Below are positions 11,082 through 28,743 of a stretch of 64,000 nucleotides of DNA, piece after piece. The DNA is from the human T2T-CHM13v2.0 reference genome, Homo sapiens, in NCBI RefSeq assembly GCF_009914755.1, contig NC_060925.1. The stretch is one strand, 5' to 3'. The translations under genes were made by a program, and so were the position numbers. The notes under the pieces are model-generated. The model saw only the letters and a list, made by a program, of their open reading frames with translations. It was not told the origin of the DNA and made no database searches. The stretch's first letter is position 1, and each line of letters begins with the position of its first letter.

Positions 11082-13790
11082 AGTTTTTTTTTTTAATGTA
11101 GGCACTTATTGCTATAAATTTGCCTCTTAGTATTGCTTTTGCCGTGTCCTATAGGTTTTGATATATTATGTTTCAATTTTCATTTGTTCAAAGAATTTCA
11201 AAATTTCATTCTTAGTTTCTTCACCCATTTGTTGTTCAGGAACATGTTTAATTTTCATGTATTTGTATAGCTTCAGCTGTTTCTCTTGTTATTGATGTCT
11301 AGCTCTATTCCCCTGTGCTCAGATAAGATACTTGATATGATTTTAATTTCTGAAATGTGTTGAGACTTGTGTTCTAAAATATGGTCAGTCATGGAGAATG
11401 TTCCATGTGCTGATGAAAATAATGTGTATTCTGCAGCTGTTGGGCAAAATGTTTTGTAAATGTTTATGAGGTCCATTTAGTTTATTGTTTAGTTCAAATC
11501 TGTTGTTTCTTTGTTGGGCTTCTGTCTAGATTATCTATTTGATGCTGAGAGTGGAATGTTGAAGTCTCAAAGTATTATTATATTAGGGTCTATCTCTTCC
11601 TTTAGATCTGACAATATTTGCTTTATATATCTGGATAGTCTAGTGATGTGTGCATATATATTTACAATTGTTATATTATCTTGCTGAACTGATTCCTTTA
11701 TTATTATATAATGTCCTCCATGTCTATTATTATAGGTTTTCACTTTAAATCTGTTTTGTTGATATAAGCATAGACACTTCTGTTTGATTTCGGTTTTTGT
11801 TTACGTGGAGTATCTTTTTTATCTCTTCACTTTCAGTCTGTGCATGTCTTTACAGGTGTGGTAGGTTTCTTGTAGGCAGCATATAGTTGAGTCTTGTATT
11901 TTAATCACTCAGCCAGTCCATGTCTTTTAAATGAGAAATGTAATTCATTTACTTTCAAGGTTATTCTTGATAGATGAGGACTTACTCCTGTAATTTTAGA
12001 TTGTTTTCTGGTTGTTCTTTAATATTCTTTGTTTCTTCCTCTCTTATTGTTATTTTTGCAGTTAGGTGGTTTTCCGTAGTGATAAGGTTTAATTGATTTG
12101 CCTCTCTCCTTTGTATATCAGCTCTACTAGTGAGTTTTATAGTTTTGCATGTTTGCATGATGGTGGTTATCATCTTTTCACTTCCAGCTTTAAGACTCTC
12201 CTGAGTATTTCTTGTAAGTCCATTCTAGAGGTGACGAACTTATTCTGTTTGGGAAATGTGTGAGAGAAAAAAGACACACACACAATACCTTTAAGGGTAA
12301 ACAACGTTTACCCCATGTAAATGGCAATGCAGATGTAATAAGCAAATGTTATAGTAAGCAAATGATATAATAATAATCAAATGATATAATAAGCAGATTG
12401 ATATAATAAGCAAATTGCAATGGGAAGAGGAGAAGGAAAAGATATTTACACTCACCAGACTATGGAGGATTCACCACCAGAGTGGGAAGCAACAGCCTGG
12501 GCTCCAGAGGTGGATACCACACTCACCAGACTATGGAGGGTTTAACACCAGAGTGGGAAGCAACAGCCTGGGTTCCAGAGTCGGCCACTCATCTGTGCAC
12601 AGACAAGGAGAGGTCTCATGTAGCTTTGGCGCAGTCTGGGACTGTAGCTCTTATTGTAATGAATTTTTTGGCATGATGTCCACTCACGAGGGCCCTTCAG
12701 GACAGGGCTTAAGGAACACAAAAAGGTCAACTTTTTTTGGTGATTGTCTATTGTTTTTCAATAACTAATGTATAGGCTCTGAAACAGTGCTGGATGAATA
12801 CCTCAAGGGGCTCACACAACCTGTTCTGGGACTTGGTGACCATTGTCCCTTGGTGTCCATGTTCAATTGAGTTCAGATTTAACTTTTTAAGTTTAATTTA
12901 ACTTTTCCTCCTCAGAATTCCCTCAGTTTTTGCTTATCTGTAAAAGATTCTATTTATTCTTCATTTCAGAAGAATTTCTCTGCTGGGAATAATATTCTTG
13001 GCTGATAGTTTATTTCTTTCAATATTTTGTATATATCATTCCAATGTCTCCTGGCCTGTAAAGTTTCTGCTGAGAAATCTGCTTATCTAATGGAAATTCC
13101 CTTATATGTGACTTGACATTCTTGATACTTTTAAAATTCTTTCTTTCTCTTTGACTTTGTCAATTTGACTATAATGTGCCCCAGAGAGGACATGTTTGAG
13201 TTTAATCTCTTTGGGTTTGTTTAGCTTATTAGACCTGGATGTTCATTTCTCTTCCAAGACATGGGAAATTTTTAGCTATTATTTCATTAAACATATTTTT
13301 CTTGTTTTTCTCTTCTCTTTCTGCAACAACCATAATCTGAATATTTGTCACTTAATGGTGTTCCATAAATCCTGTGAGTTTTCTTCACTGTTTTTTTTCT
13401 TTTTCTTTTCTTTTTTTTTGTCTGCCTGTGTTATTTCAAATGCCCGGTCTTCAGGTTCAGAAATTTTCTTCTGCTTGGTCTAGTCTGTTGCTGAAGGTCT
13501 CAGTTGCATTTTTAAATTTCCTTCATTAAATTTTTCAGTTCTAGGATTTCTATTTGGTTCTTTTCTATGATATATATCTTTATTTAATTTTTCATTCAGT
13601 TTATGAATTGTTTTCCTGGTCTCATTGAATTGTCTATCTGTATTCTCATATATTTCACTGAATTTCCCTAAGATTAATATTTTGAATTATTTTTCTGGCA
13701 TCTTATACATTTCTTTATGACTGGGGCCTGTTACTACAGTATTATTGTTTTCATTTGGAGGTGACATAGTTTCTTGTTTTTCAAGATGAC
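11082..13790 (-). mobile_element. Older LINE-1 (L1M/L1PB-age) 5' part: ORF1 to endonuclease region, interrupted by an LTR
   Basis: ORF 11273..11476 (DLINIYKTFCPTAAEYTLFSSAHGTFS..DHILEHK) is L1 endonuclease; L1 text resumes across the LTR TSD. Confidence 0.75.
12241..12914 (-). mobile_element. PABL-like (ERV1) solo LTR
   Basis: rc begins TGAGGAGGAAAAGTTAAATT...GAACTCAATTGAACATGGACAC, as I recall for PABL_A; 5-bp TSD gaact (12236-12240)/gaatt (12915-12919); internal 71-bp-period duplication. Confidence 0.72.
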
Positions 13791-14051
13791 ATTCAGTATG
13801 TTGGAGGATGATCCCTTTATGTAGGAACACACAGATATTTATTAGTATATACTTCCTTGTTTGATTTCCAAAACTTAAGTTATCTGCTTATAAGTGAGAC
13901 ACCAAACTTTATAGGCTTCAGCACATATAAATAGTCTTCTTTTTGTCTAATGTTTAAATACAGTATGAGCATGTAGTAAAAGTTGTAATGAAAGTTGTTG
14001 ATAAAGTTAAATTCCAATATATATTAATCAGGCTAATAAAAATACTGTAGA

Positions 14052-19950
<5,899 letters not shown>

Positions 19951-20280
19951 AACAAGTAAAAACACAATGTAATTTTCATATTGTTAAATTTAGAACTACT
20001 ATTATTTGTTTTTGGTTAGTCTCCTCTGTCTTTTTTTTTTTTCCTCTGTCCTTCCTCTTCTGGCTTCTTTAGTATTACTTAAATAATTTTTAGAATTCTA
20101 TTTTAATTTATCTGTTGCTTTTTAGGCCTACCCTTTAAATCATTTTTTGCTTGAGGTATTAAAATATCAATTCTTAACATTCACATCTAATTGAAGTTGA
20201 TAAAAAAAACTAAACTAGAAATCATGCTATATTAACAAAGAAAATCAATACTTGTTTCTCAATTGTTTTTTAAATTGTAG

Positions 20281-20531
20281 GTTGCAGAAAAGAATGAAAT
20301 CAAAGAGTATTTTGAGTCAAAACTCTCTGAAGATGACACAACACATTTCAAGCTGCCTAAATATAGACGTTTATTAGAAACATTTTTCAAGTTTGTAATG
20401 CTGGTTGACTACATATTTCAGGAACTCATTCGTCAACTTATGAACACTGCAGTCACACTACTTTTGGAATTATTTAATGGTTCTGCTGGAATGCCATTTT
20501 CAGTGGAAAAAAAGAATGAAAATCTTATCAG
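20281..20531 (+). CDS. DNAH14: Coding exon B (VAEKNEIKEYFESKLSEDDTTHFKLPKYRRLLETFFKFVMLVDYIFQELIRQLMNTAVTLLLELFNGSAGMPFSVEKKNENLI-R), 251 nt, phase 0/2
   Basis: T-rich tract + ttgtag acceptor ending 20280; donor CAG|gtaaat at 20532; open frame; split codon AG|A with next exon. Confidence 0.88.
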
Positions 20532-21721
20532 GTAAATTACTTTTTTGAAGTCAAAAAGTAACTTACAATTATAATATTTTAACATTGCCACATATGGAGG
20601 AAATATTCAATAATTTAAGCTAGAGTTTGAAAATTCTCCTTGTGGCAAAGTACATGTACTCATTTTTGCTATTAACAGAACTTATTATTTGGTAATACCT
20701 TACTTAATATCGGTGCTATAGGATGCGCAGTAAAATTTGAATTTCACATAAATGGTAAATAATTTTAGTATACTTCAAGTATTACCTATGTTAAAATTAT
20801 TGTTTATCTGAAATTCAGATTTCTCTGATAATTTAGCAAATATATTTTTTATTTGTTATATCTGGCAATTCTGTGCCTAAGTATACTCTGTCTTCCAAGT
20901 TCAGAGTTAGTTTTTAAAGATATGTGAGAATTCTGGAAGGAGCTACAAAGTCCAATTGGAATTTGAGTCAATTCCAAGAAATATCTGTTGAATATTTTCC
21001 CAAAGAAAAAACTATCTGAAAAACATTTTTACCTTCTAAACACTACTGTTAAAAACAAAGCATTTTTCTTATTTTCCACAACTGGATATATCTACTGTAA
21101 CTGGTGAAACAGGAATATTAATTGAAATGATGGCATACTTTGTAGCTGGTAAACAGGACTATGAATTGAAATGTTGGCATACTTTAATTTCTATTTATCA
21201 AAATTTAATAATATTTTAGGCTAATTAAAGTTTTATAACTAGGTAGCTGAAAATATATCAATTCAAAAAATTTTGAAGATTATTCAAGATAATATTTTGT
21301 TTTTCTAATTATTACTGAATCTACAGAGCTAACATCACTTACCTAAGGACTTATAACTGGTTTGAGTCAGTGCCAGGATTCTAACCTATGTAAGAACACA
21401 ACTATTTAGTGATAGTGCATTATAATTTTATTTCCTTTAAAACATTGCGTGTGTGTGTTTAGGAAAGGTCTTTATATTCTTAACATAGTTTTTGAAAGAT
21501 ATTATTATAATTAATTCATCATATTATAGCAAATTTGGAAAACAAATATCACCCTTAATTCTGTCACTGAATTACAACATCTTATCATTTTTATATGATT
21601 TTTGTAGTCTTTTCCTAAATGTTTTTCCATTGTTGTAATCCTAGTATACTAACTTATAGCTCGTTTTTTAAACACAATGTCTCCTGTATGCATTTTTTAT
21701 GTTACAGGAATAATATATATA

Positions 21722-22019
21722 GGTCAGGCACAGTGGCTCACACCTGTAATCACAACACTTTGGGAGACCAATGAGGATGTATTACTTGAGTCCAGGAGTT
21801 TAAGATCAGCCTAGGCAACATGGCGAGACCCTGTCTCCACAAAAAATACAAAAATTAGCTGTGCACGATGGCACTGGCACACACCTACTTGGGAGGCTGA
21901 TGTGGGAGGATCACTTGAGCCTGGGAGGTTGAGGCTTCAGTGAGCTGTGATCATGCCACTCCACTCCAGCCTGGTCAACAGAGTGAGATCTTATCTCAAA
22001 TATATATATATATATATAT
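21722..22019 (+). mobile_element. AluJ-type element with (TA)n tail
   Basis: Diverged dimer with ggaggatcacttgagcc J-type right arm. Confidence 0.85.
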
Positions 22020-22117
22020 GTTTTGTGGAGTCAGACCACATGGGTTTTAATCTCTGATTTGACTCTTGCTAGTTTTACTTAGTTGAGCTATTAACCCAAC
22101 AGAGGTTGAATAAATTT

Positions 22118-22392
22118 GGCTGGGCATGGTGGTTCACACCTGTAATCCCAACACTTTGGGAGGCTGAGGTGGGAGGATCACTTGAGTCCAGGAGTTCAAG
22201 ACCAGTCTGGGCAACAAAGCGAAACCCCATCTCTACAAAAACAACAACAACAACAACATCAAAACTAAGAAAACTAGCCAGGCATGATGCTGCATGCCTG
22301 TAGTCCCAGCTCCTCGGGAGGCTGAGGTGGGAGGATCAATTGAGCCCAGGAGGTTGAGACTGCAGTGATCACTAAATATATAAATAAATAAA
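22118..22392 (+). mobile_element. AluJ-type element, 3' part deleted, (CAA)n linker
   Basis: ggctgggcatggtgg start; right arm stops at gcagtgatc, then (TAAA)n. Confidence 0.82.
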
Positions 22393-22549
22393 TTCTTTAG
22401 ACTTCAATTTTCTCATCTATAAAATGAAGATAACAGTAATACCTATGCCATAATGTTGTTTGAGAATAAACACAGTAAATGTCTGATAAAAAGCATCAAT
22501 CATTGTTGAATCTGTTTCCACTGACCTCTTAACAATATTGATTAGTATA

Positions 22550-25270
22550 ATATTTCCATAATGACTAATGATATTGAACATCTTTGCATGTGCTTTTTGG
22601 CCATTTATATATGTTCTTTGAGGAAATATCTATTCAAACTCTTTGTTCATTTTTAAATTGTGTTAGTTAATTAATTAATTAATTTAGATGGGGTCTTGTG
22701 TTTCTCAGACTTGTCTTGAACTCCTGGGCTCAAGCGATACTCTCACCTCAGCCTCCCACATAGCTGGGACTACAGGTTCATGCTATCATGCCCAGCTAAG
22801 TTATTTGTCTTTTGATTGCTGAGTTCTAAGAGTTCTTTATTTATTAGATTCTGTGGGTCTTCTTTTCTTTTTTTAATAGTATCCTTTGGAGTAAAAAAGT
22901 TTTTAATTTCTAATTTTTATTTAATTTTTAATTTTATTTTTATTTAATTTAACTTGTATTTGATTGATTGTGCTTTAAGTGTATCTAAGAAATCATTGCC
23001 TAATCCAAAGTCTTGAAGATTTACTCTTGTTTTTATCTAAGATCTTATAACTTTAGCTCTTGCATTTAGGCTTTGATGCATTTTGAGTTAATTTTTGTAG
23101 ATGGTATGAGATAGGGTCCAAATTTCTTCTTTTGTATACGAATATCCAGTTGTCCCAGTACTATTTGTTGAAAAGAATAACACTATTTCTTTCTCTATTG
23201 AATTGTCTTGGCACCCTCGTTGACAATCAGCTGACCAAAAATGTGTGGGTTTATTTTCAGACCCTCAATTTCATTTCATTGCTCCATGTCTGTCCTTATG
23301 CCAGTACCATACTGTCTTGATTACTATAGCTTTGTAGTAAGTTTTGAAATTAGGAATTGGGAATTTTCTAACATTGCTCTTCTTTTTCAACATTGTTTTG
23401 GCTATTGTGGGTCCCTTGCATTTTCATATGAATTTTAGAATCAGCTTGACAATTTCTGCAAATATTCAGCTAGAATTTTGATAGAGGCAGCATTAAAACT
23501 GGAGATAAATATGAGGAGTATTTTCATTCTAATAGTATAGTCTTCCAGTCCATGAACATGGTCTGTCTTTCCATTTATGTAGGCATTCTTTAATTTCTTT
23601 CAATATTTTGTGGTTTTCAGTGTATGAATCATGCATTTTTTTGGTAAAATTTTTTGTAAGTATTTTATCATTTTTTATGCTGTTGTGAATGGAATTATTT
23701 TTAAATTTTATTTTTCGGTTGTTCATTGCCAGCATATTGAAATACAAATGATTTTTGTTTATTGATCTTATGTCCTGCTACTTTGTTGAACTTTTTTTAT
23801 TATCCCTGATAGGTTTTTACAACTAATTGTTTAGGATTTTCTTTATGCAAAATCATGTCATCTGCAAATAGGATAATTTTACTTCTTTACCAATCTGATA
23901 CCTTTTATTTCTTTTTATTGCCTAATTCCTCTGGCTAGTAAGTACTTCAATACAGTGTTGATTAGGAATGGTGAAAGCGAACATCCCTGTCTTGTTCCAG
24001 AGCTCAGGAGGAAAACATACAGTCTTTCATCATTAAGTATGATGTGCCTATGGGTTTTTCACAGATGCTTCCTATCAAGTTGAGGAAGTTCCTGTCTGTA
24101 TTAGTTTGTTGTCATATTGTCATAAAAAACTACCTGAGACTAGGTAATTTATAATGAGAAGAGGTCTGATTGGCTCATGGTTCCACAGTCTATACAGGAA
24201 GCATGTCTGGGAGGCCTCAGGAAACTTACAATAATGGCAGAAGGTGAAGAGGGAAGCAGGCATGTTTTACATGGCTGGATCAGGAGGAAGAGATGTAGGG
24301 GGAGGTGCTATACACTCTTTAAAACAACCAGGTCTCATGAGAACTTACTATCATGAAAACAGCACAGAGGAAATCTTTCCCCTTAATCCAGTCACCTTCC
24401 ACCAGACCCCTCCTTCAACACTGGGAATTACAATTCGGCATGAGATTTGGTTGAAGACACAAATCCAAACCATATCACCATCTATCTTTCTTGAATGTTT
24501 TTGTCATGAAATAGTGTTGGATTTTGTCAAATGCTTTTTTTTTTTCTGTCTGTTGAGATGACCGTATGTCTTTTACTTTATTAATGTAGCATATTACATT
24601 ACATACATACATTTTCATAAATGGAACCAATCTTGCATTCTTGGGATAAATCCCACTTAATTTTAGTTTATTATCCTTTGTATATGCTGCTGGATTCAGT
24701 CTGGTATTATTTTGTTGAAAATGTTCACATCTATATTCGTAAAGGACATTGGTCTGTAGTTTTCTTGTGATGTGTTTGTCTGGTTTTGGATTCAGGATAA
24801 GACTCACCTCATAGAATGAATTGGGTAGCATTATTACCACCTATCTTCTGAAAATTTTATGAAGGATCGGTGTTAATTCTTCCTGAAATGTTTAAAAGAT
24901 TCATCTGTGAAGTCTGGGCCTCAGCTTTTGTGTGTGTGTGGGATGTATTAAAATTACTAATTAAATCTCTTTACTTGTTATAGATTTGTTTAGATTTTCT
25001 ATTTATTCTTGATACAGTTTTGGTAATTTATGTCTTTCTAGGATTTTGTCCATTTTATCTAACTTATTTAAACTGTTGGTATACAGTTGTTTATAGTATT
25101 CACTTATAATTGTTTTGATTTCTGTAAGGTCAATAATGATATCTTCTCTATCATTACAGATTTTAGTAATTTGAGGCTTTTCTCTTATTTTCTTAGTCTA
25201 GTTAAACATTTGTTAATTTTGTTGATCTTTTTAAAAACCAGCTTTTGGTTTTATTGATTTTCTTGTCAAT
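22550..25270 (-). mobile_element. Old L1M (L1MB-like) ORF2 fragment hosting an Alu monomer (~22686-22797) and an MSTA LTR
   Basis: ORFs 24475..24840 and 23529..23747 carry degenerate L1 ORF2 motifs (PNSFYEVSLIL.PKPDK; PCSWTGRL). Confidence 0.75.
24097..24477 (-). mobile_element. MSTA-like MaLR solo LTR
   Basis: tgtattagt...ggaggcctcaggaaacttacaataatggcagaaggtgaag...caaatccaaaccatatca; 5-bp flanks ctgtc/ccatc. Confidence 0.85.
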
Positions 25271-25279
25271 TAAAAAAAA

Positions 25280-26130
25280 TCCCAAACAAGTTAATTTTAA
25301 AATGGGTGAAAGATCTAAGCAGACATTTCATCAAAGAAGAAACAGATTGCAAATAAATGTTTTAAAGATGCTATAAATCATTAGACATTAGAGAAATACA
25401 AATTAAAATCACAATGAGACACTTTTACATACCTACTAGAATGGCTAAAACAATACCAACAATACAAAGTGTTCATGAGGATGAGGAGCAACTGGAACTC
25501 TAGTACATGGCTGGTGGGAATGCAAAAGGATACAGATGCTCTGGATAACAATTGGGCAATTTCTTATAAAGATAAACATAAACTTACCCTATAATGTAGC
25601 AAGCCTCCTCCTAGCCATTTACCGCAAAAAGCAGAAAACATTTTTCTATGGAGAAAAACCATATGTAAATATTTATAATGGCTTTATTCATAATTGTTCA
25701 AATCTGGAAATAATTTAAATATCTATAAGTGGATAGCCATGAAATGCAGTACTTCTCAGCAATAAAAATGAGTGAAATATTATACTTACTTATGCAACAC
25801 GAATAAATCTCAAATGTTAAGTGAAGGAAGCCAGACTCAAAACACTATATATTATATGATTCCATTTATATGACATTTTGGCAAACCAAAACTGGAAGGG
25901 CAGAAATCAAGTCAGTGATTGCCATGGGCTAGGTGGGGGTGAGAGGAACCTTCTATAAAGGGGCCTGATACAATGTTTTAGATGACAGAAATGTACTACA
26001 TTTAGTCATTGTGATTGTAGTGGTTGTTAACTGTGTGTGATTGTCAAAATTCATTAGAACTGCATACCTGAGAAGCATGAATTTTACTGGATATAAATTA
26101 TACCTCAATAAACCTGACATTAAAAATAAA
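25280..26130 (+). mobile_element. Old L1M (L1MC/MD-like) 3' end
   Basis: ORF2 C-terminal and 3'UTR text ending ataaattatacctcaataaa. Confidence 0.7.
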
Positions 26131-26649
26131 GTATTATTTATTTAGCACATGTAACTTGTCAGATACTTTGTTAGATCCTGGACATACAATGCTGAGCAAA
26201 ATAGACAGTTTTTGCTCTAATGTAGTTTACGGTCTAGAGGAAGGGAGAGATATTAATCTACTGACCACACAAATATATTTAACATTACAATAAATGCTAC
26301 AAAGAAGATGTTTGGGGTATTGTGAGACTGAATCTGGTCTGGGAGAAGTTTCGTTGATAGGAGTTAATGAGGAAATCAAGAAGAAAGGGTGGTCAAGTCA
26401 TCCCTAAAAAGTGTATCATATACCCTACAGAACAAGAAGCATATTTGAAAAAGTGAGAAGAAGACAGTGTGACAACAGTAAAGTGATAAGAAAATAGCAT
26501 AAGACATAATGTGATTGGTCAAACCTATAAATAATAAATGTCTTTTCTACCATCCTAAAAGTTTCTGAAAAATTTTGTTATAAAATCAACTAATCCTAAA
26601 TCATCATTGCAACCCATGGATACCAAGTGGAGAGTGTTTCAAAAAGTAA

Positions 26650-27960
26650 AAGTCTTCATATGTTAGGTGATAAAACAGATCTCAATAAACTTAAAATGAT
26701 TAAAATACAAAGTATGTTCTCCAACCAACATAAATTAGAATTAGAAATCAATAACAGAAGAAAGTTTGGGAAAGGTCACAAATATATGGAAATTAAATAA
26801 CATACTCCTAAATAACCAATGAGTCAAAGCAGAAATCACAAGGGAAATTAGAATAAAATACAGTTTTATAAATGAATGAAAATGAAAACACAACATAACA
26901 AAACTTACCATAGGCAGCAAAGGCAGTGCTTAGAGGGAATTTATACATGTAAAAACTACATGATATCTGTGTTCTACAAATATTTTATCCCAGTCCATAA
27001 ATTGTCTTAATTTTCTTAAGTGGCTTTTGATAAACAAGAGTTTTTAATTTTTATGAAGTTCAATTTATCTGTTTTTTCTTTTAAAGGTTTGGGCTTTTGG
27101 TTTCCGATCTAAAGCATTGTTTCCTAATGCAACAGCATGATGAATTTTTCCAATATTTTCTTTTAGAAGTTTTATACTTCTGGATATTATATCTGTTATC
27201 CTTTTTGAGTTAATTTTTGCAAATGGTGTCAGGTGTGGTTTGAGGTATATATTGTTATATGTTGGTATTTAATCACTCCAGTAGTTTGTTGAAAAGACTA
27301 ATCTTCCTCCAGACAATTACCCTAACATCTGGTAGAAAATTGATTAATTAAATATATTCATGAGTCTATTTCTGAATGCTTTTTTCTAGTCCAGTGATCT
27401 GTGAATCTGTCCTTCCACCAATATCTCACAGTCTGCATAACTATAATTTTATAATAAGTCTTGAAATCAGGTAGTATGTATTCTTCAGCTTTGTTCTTCT
27501 TTTTCAAAATTGTTTTAACTATTTTAATTCATTTACTTTTTCATATATATCTTATAATTAACTAGCAGATTTATTCAAAAGGCCTACTGAGATTTTGATT
27601 GAGATTGCATTGAATATATAGATCAATCTGGGGAGAATTGACATCTTAACAATATTCAGTCTTTTAAAGCCCTGAACATGGTAGACTTTTTCCTTTGTTT
27701 AGATCTTCTTTGATTTATCTCTTCAGTGTTTTGTAGAACTCAGTGTGCAAATATTGCACATTTTTGTTTTAAACTACCTATTTCATATTTTGATGGTATT
27801 AAAAATGGTACCATATTTTAAATACAGTTTCTAATTATTCATTGCTGGTAAAAGAAATGCGGTTGATTTTGCATATTGACCTTGTATCTGTAACCTTACT
27901 AAGCTCACTTATCATTTGTAATAACTTTTCTTTGGTAGACAATTTAAGAATTTCTACTTA
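26650..27960. mobile_element. Old L1M fragments (+ ~26650-26960; - ~26960-27960)
   Basis: Degenerate L1 ORF2 text in both orientations. Confidence 0.6.
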
Positions 27961-27963
27961 GAC

Positions 27964-28188
27964 CAAGTGTCAACAAAATATAGCCCATAGGCCAAATCCT
28001 GTGGCAGCCAGTTTTTATAAATTAGTTTTGTTGGACTATAGCCACGCCCATTTGTTTACCCATTGTCTGTGGCAACTTTTGCACTACAAAGGCAAAATTC
28101 AGTTGTTGTGACCGACCACCACATATGGTCCACAAAACGTAAAATATTTCCTGTCTGGCCCCTTACAGAAAAGGTTTGCTGACCCATG
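27964..28188. mobile_element. MER58A-like hAT-Charlie MITE
   Basis: caacaaaatatagcccataggccaaatcc...ctggccccttacagaaaaggtttgctgaccc with imperfect terminal inverted repeats. Confidence 0.75.
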
Positions 28189-28743
28189 CTCTAGAGTAAC
28201 CACTAAAAGATAGTGATAGGATGTCTAAAAAGCTAAAAGAAGGAAAAATATTAAAAGAATAAAAAAATCGATTAATCTAAAACCAGCTATTCTTACAGGC
28301 TAATACAAATTATTTTTGTTACTTTTATCACTTCCATGGTACTGCTAAAACTTTAGAACTCTTCAACTCCATTTATTTTCCTCTTGCCTTTTACAGCATT
28401 CTTTTACTGTATTTTAAATACATTTTTAGTTGTTCATGTATTTTAACTCCAGAAGACATTAAAAGTATTGTTTTGAATGGTCAATATCCATTTATGTTTA
28501 TCCATATAATTACCATTTCTTGTGTTGTTTCCTTTTGCTTGTTTCTGTTTGTGTGGGGTCATTTTCCTTCTTCCTGAAAAACAATCTAGTATTTCTTTCA
28601 GTTGCAGTAATGCTGGGAAAGAGTTCCCTCGGTTTTTAATTGTTGAAAAGGAACTTTATGTCACCATGATTTATAAAGGATATTTTCACTGGGTGTAGAG
28701 TTCTAGATAATGTGAGACTCTTTGGAAAGACTTCTCAGTTTAA

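Noticed and set aside
12448-12580. Repeat-spacer-repeat pattern resembling a CRISPR array
   Set aside because: Only two 62-bp units with a 9-nt gap, inside a retroviral LTR in a human intron; no cas genes.
22550-26130. Minus then plus L1M pieces overlapping ~115 bp in L1 coordinates, as in twin-priming inversion
   Set aside because: The overlapping parts look like different subfamilies (L1MB- versus L1MC/MD-like) and no TSD is visible; independent insertions are simpler.
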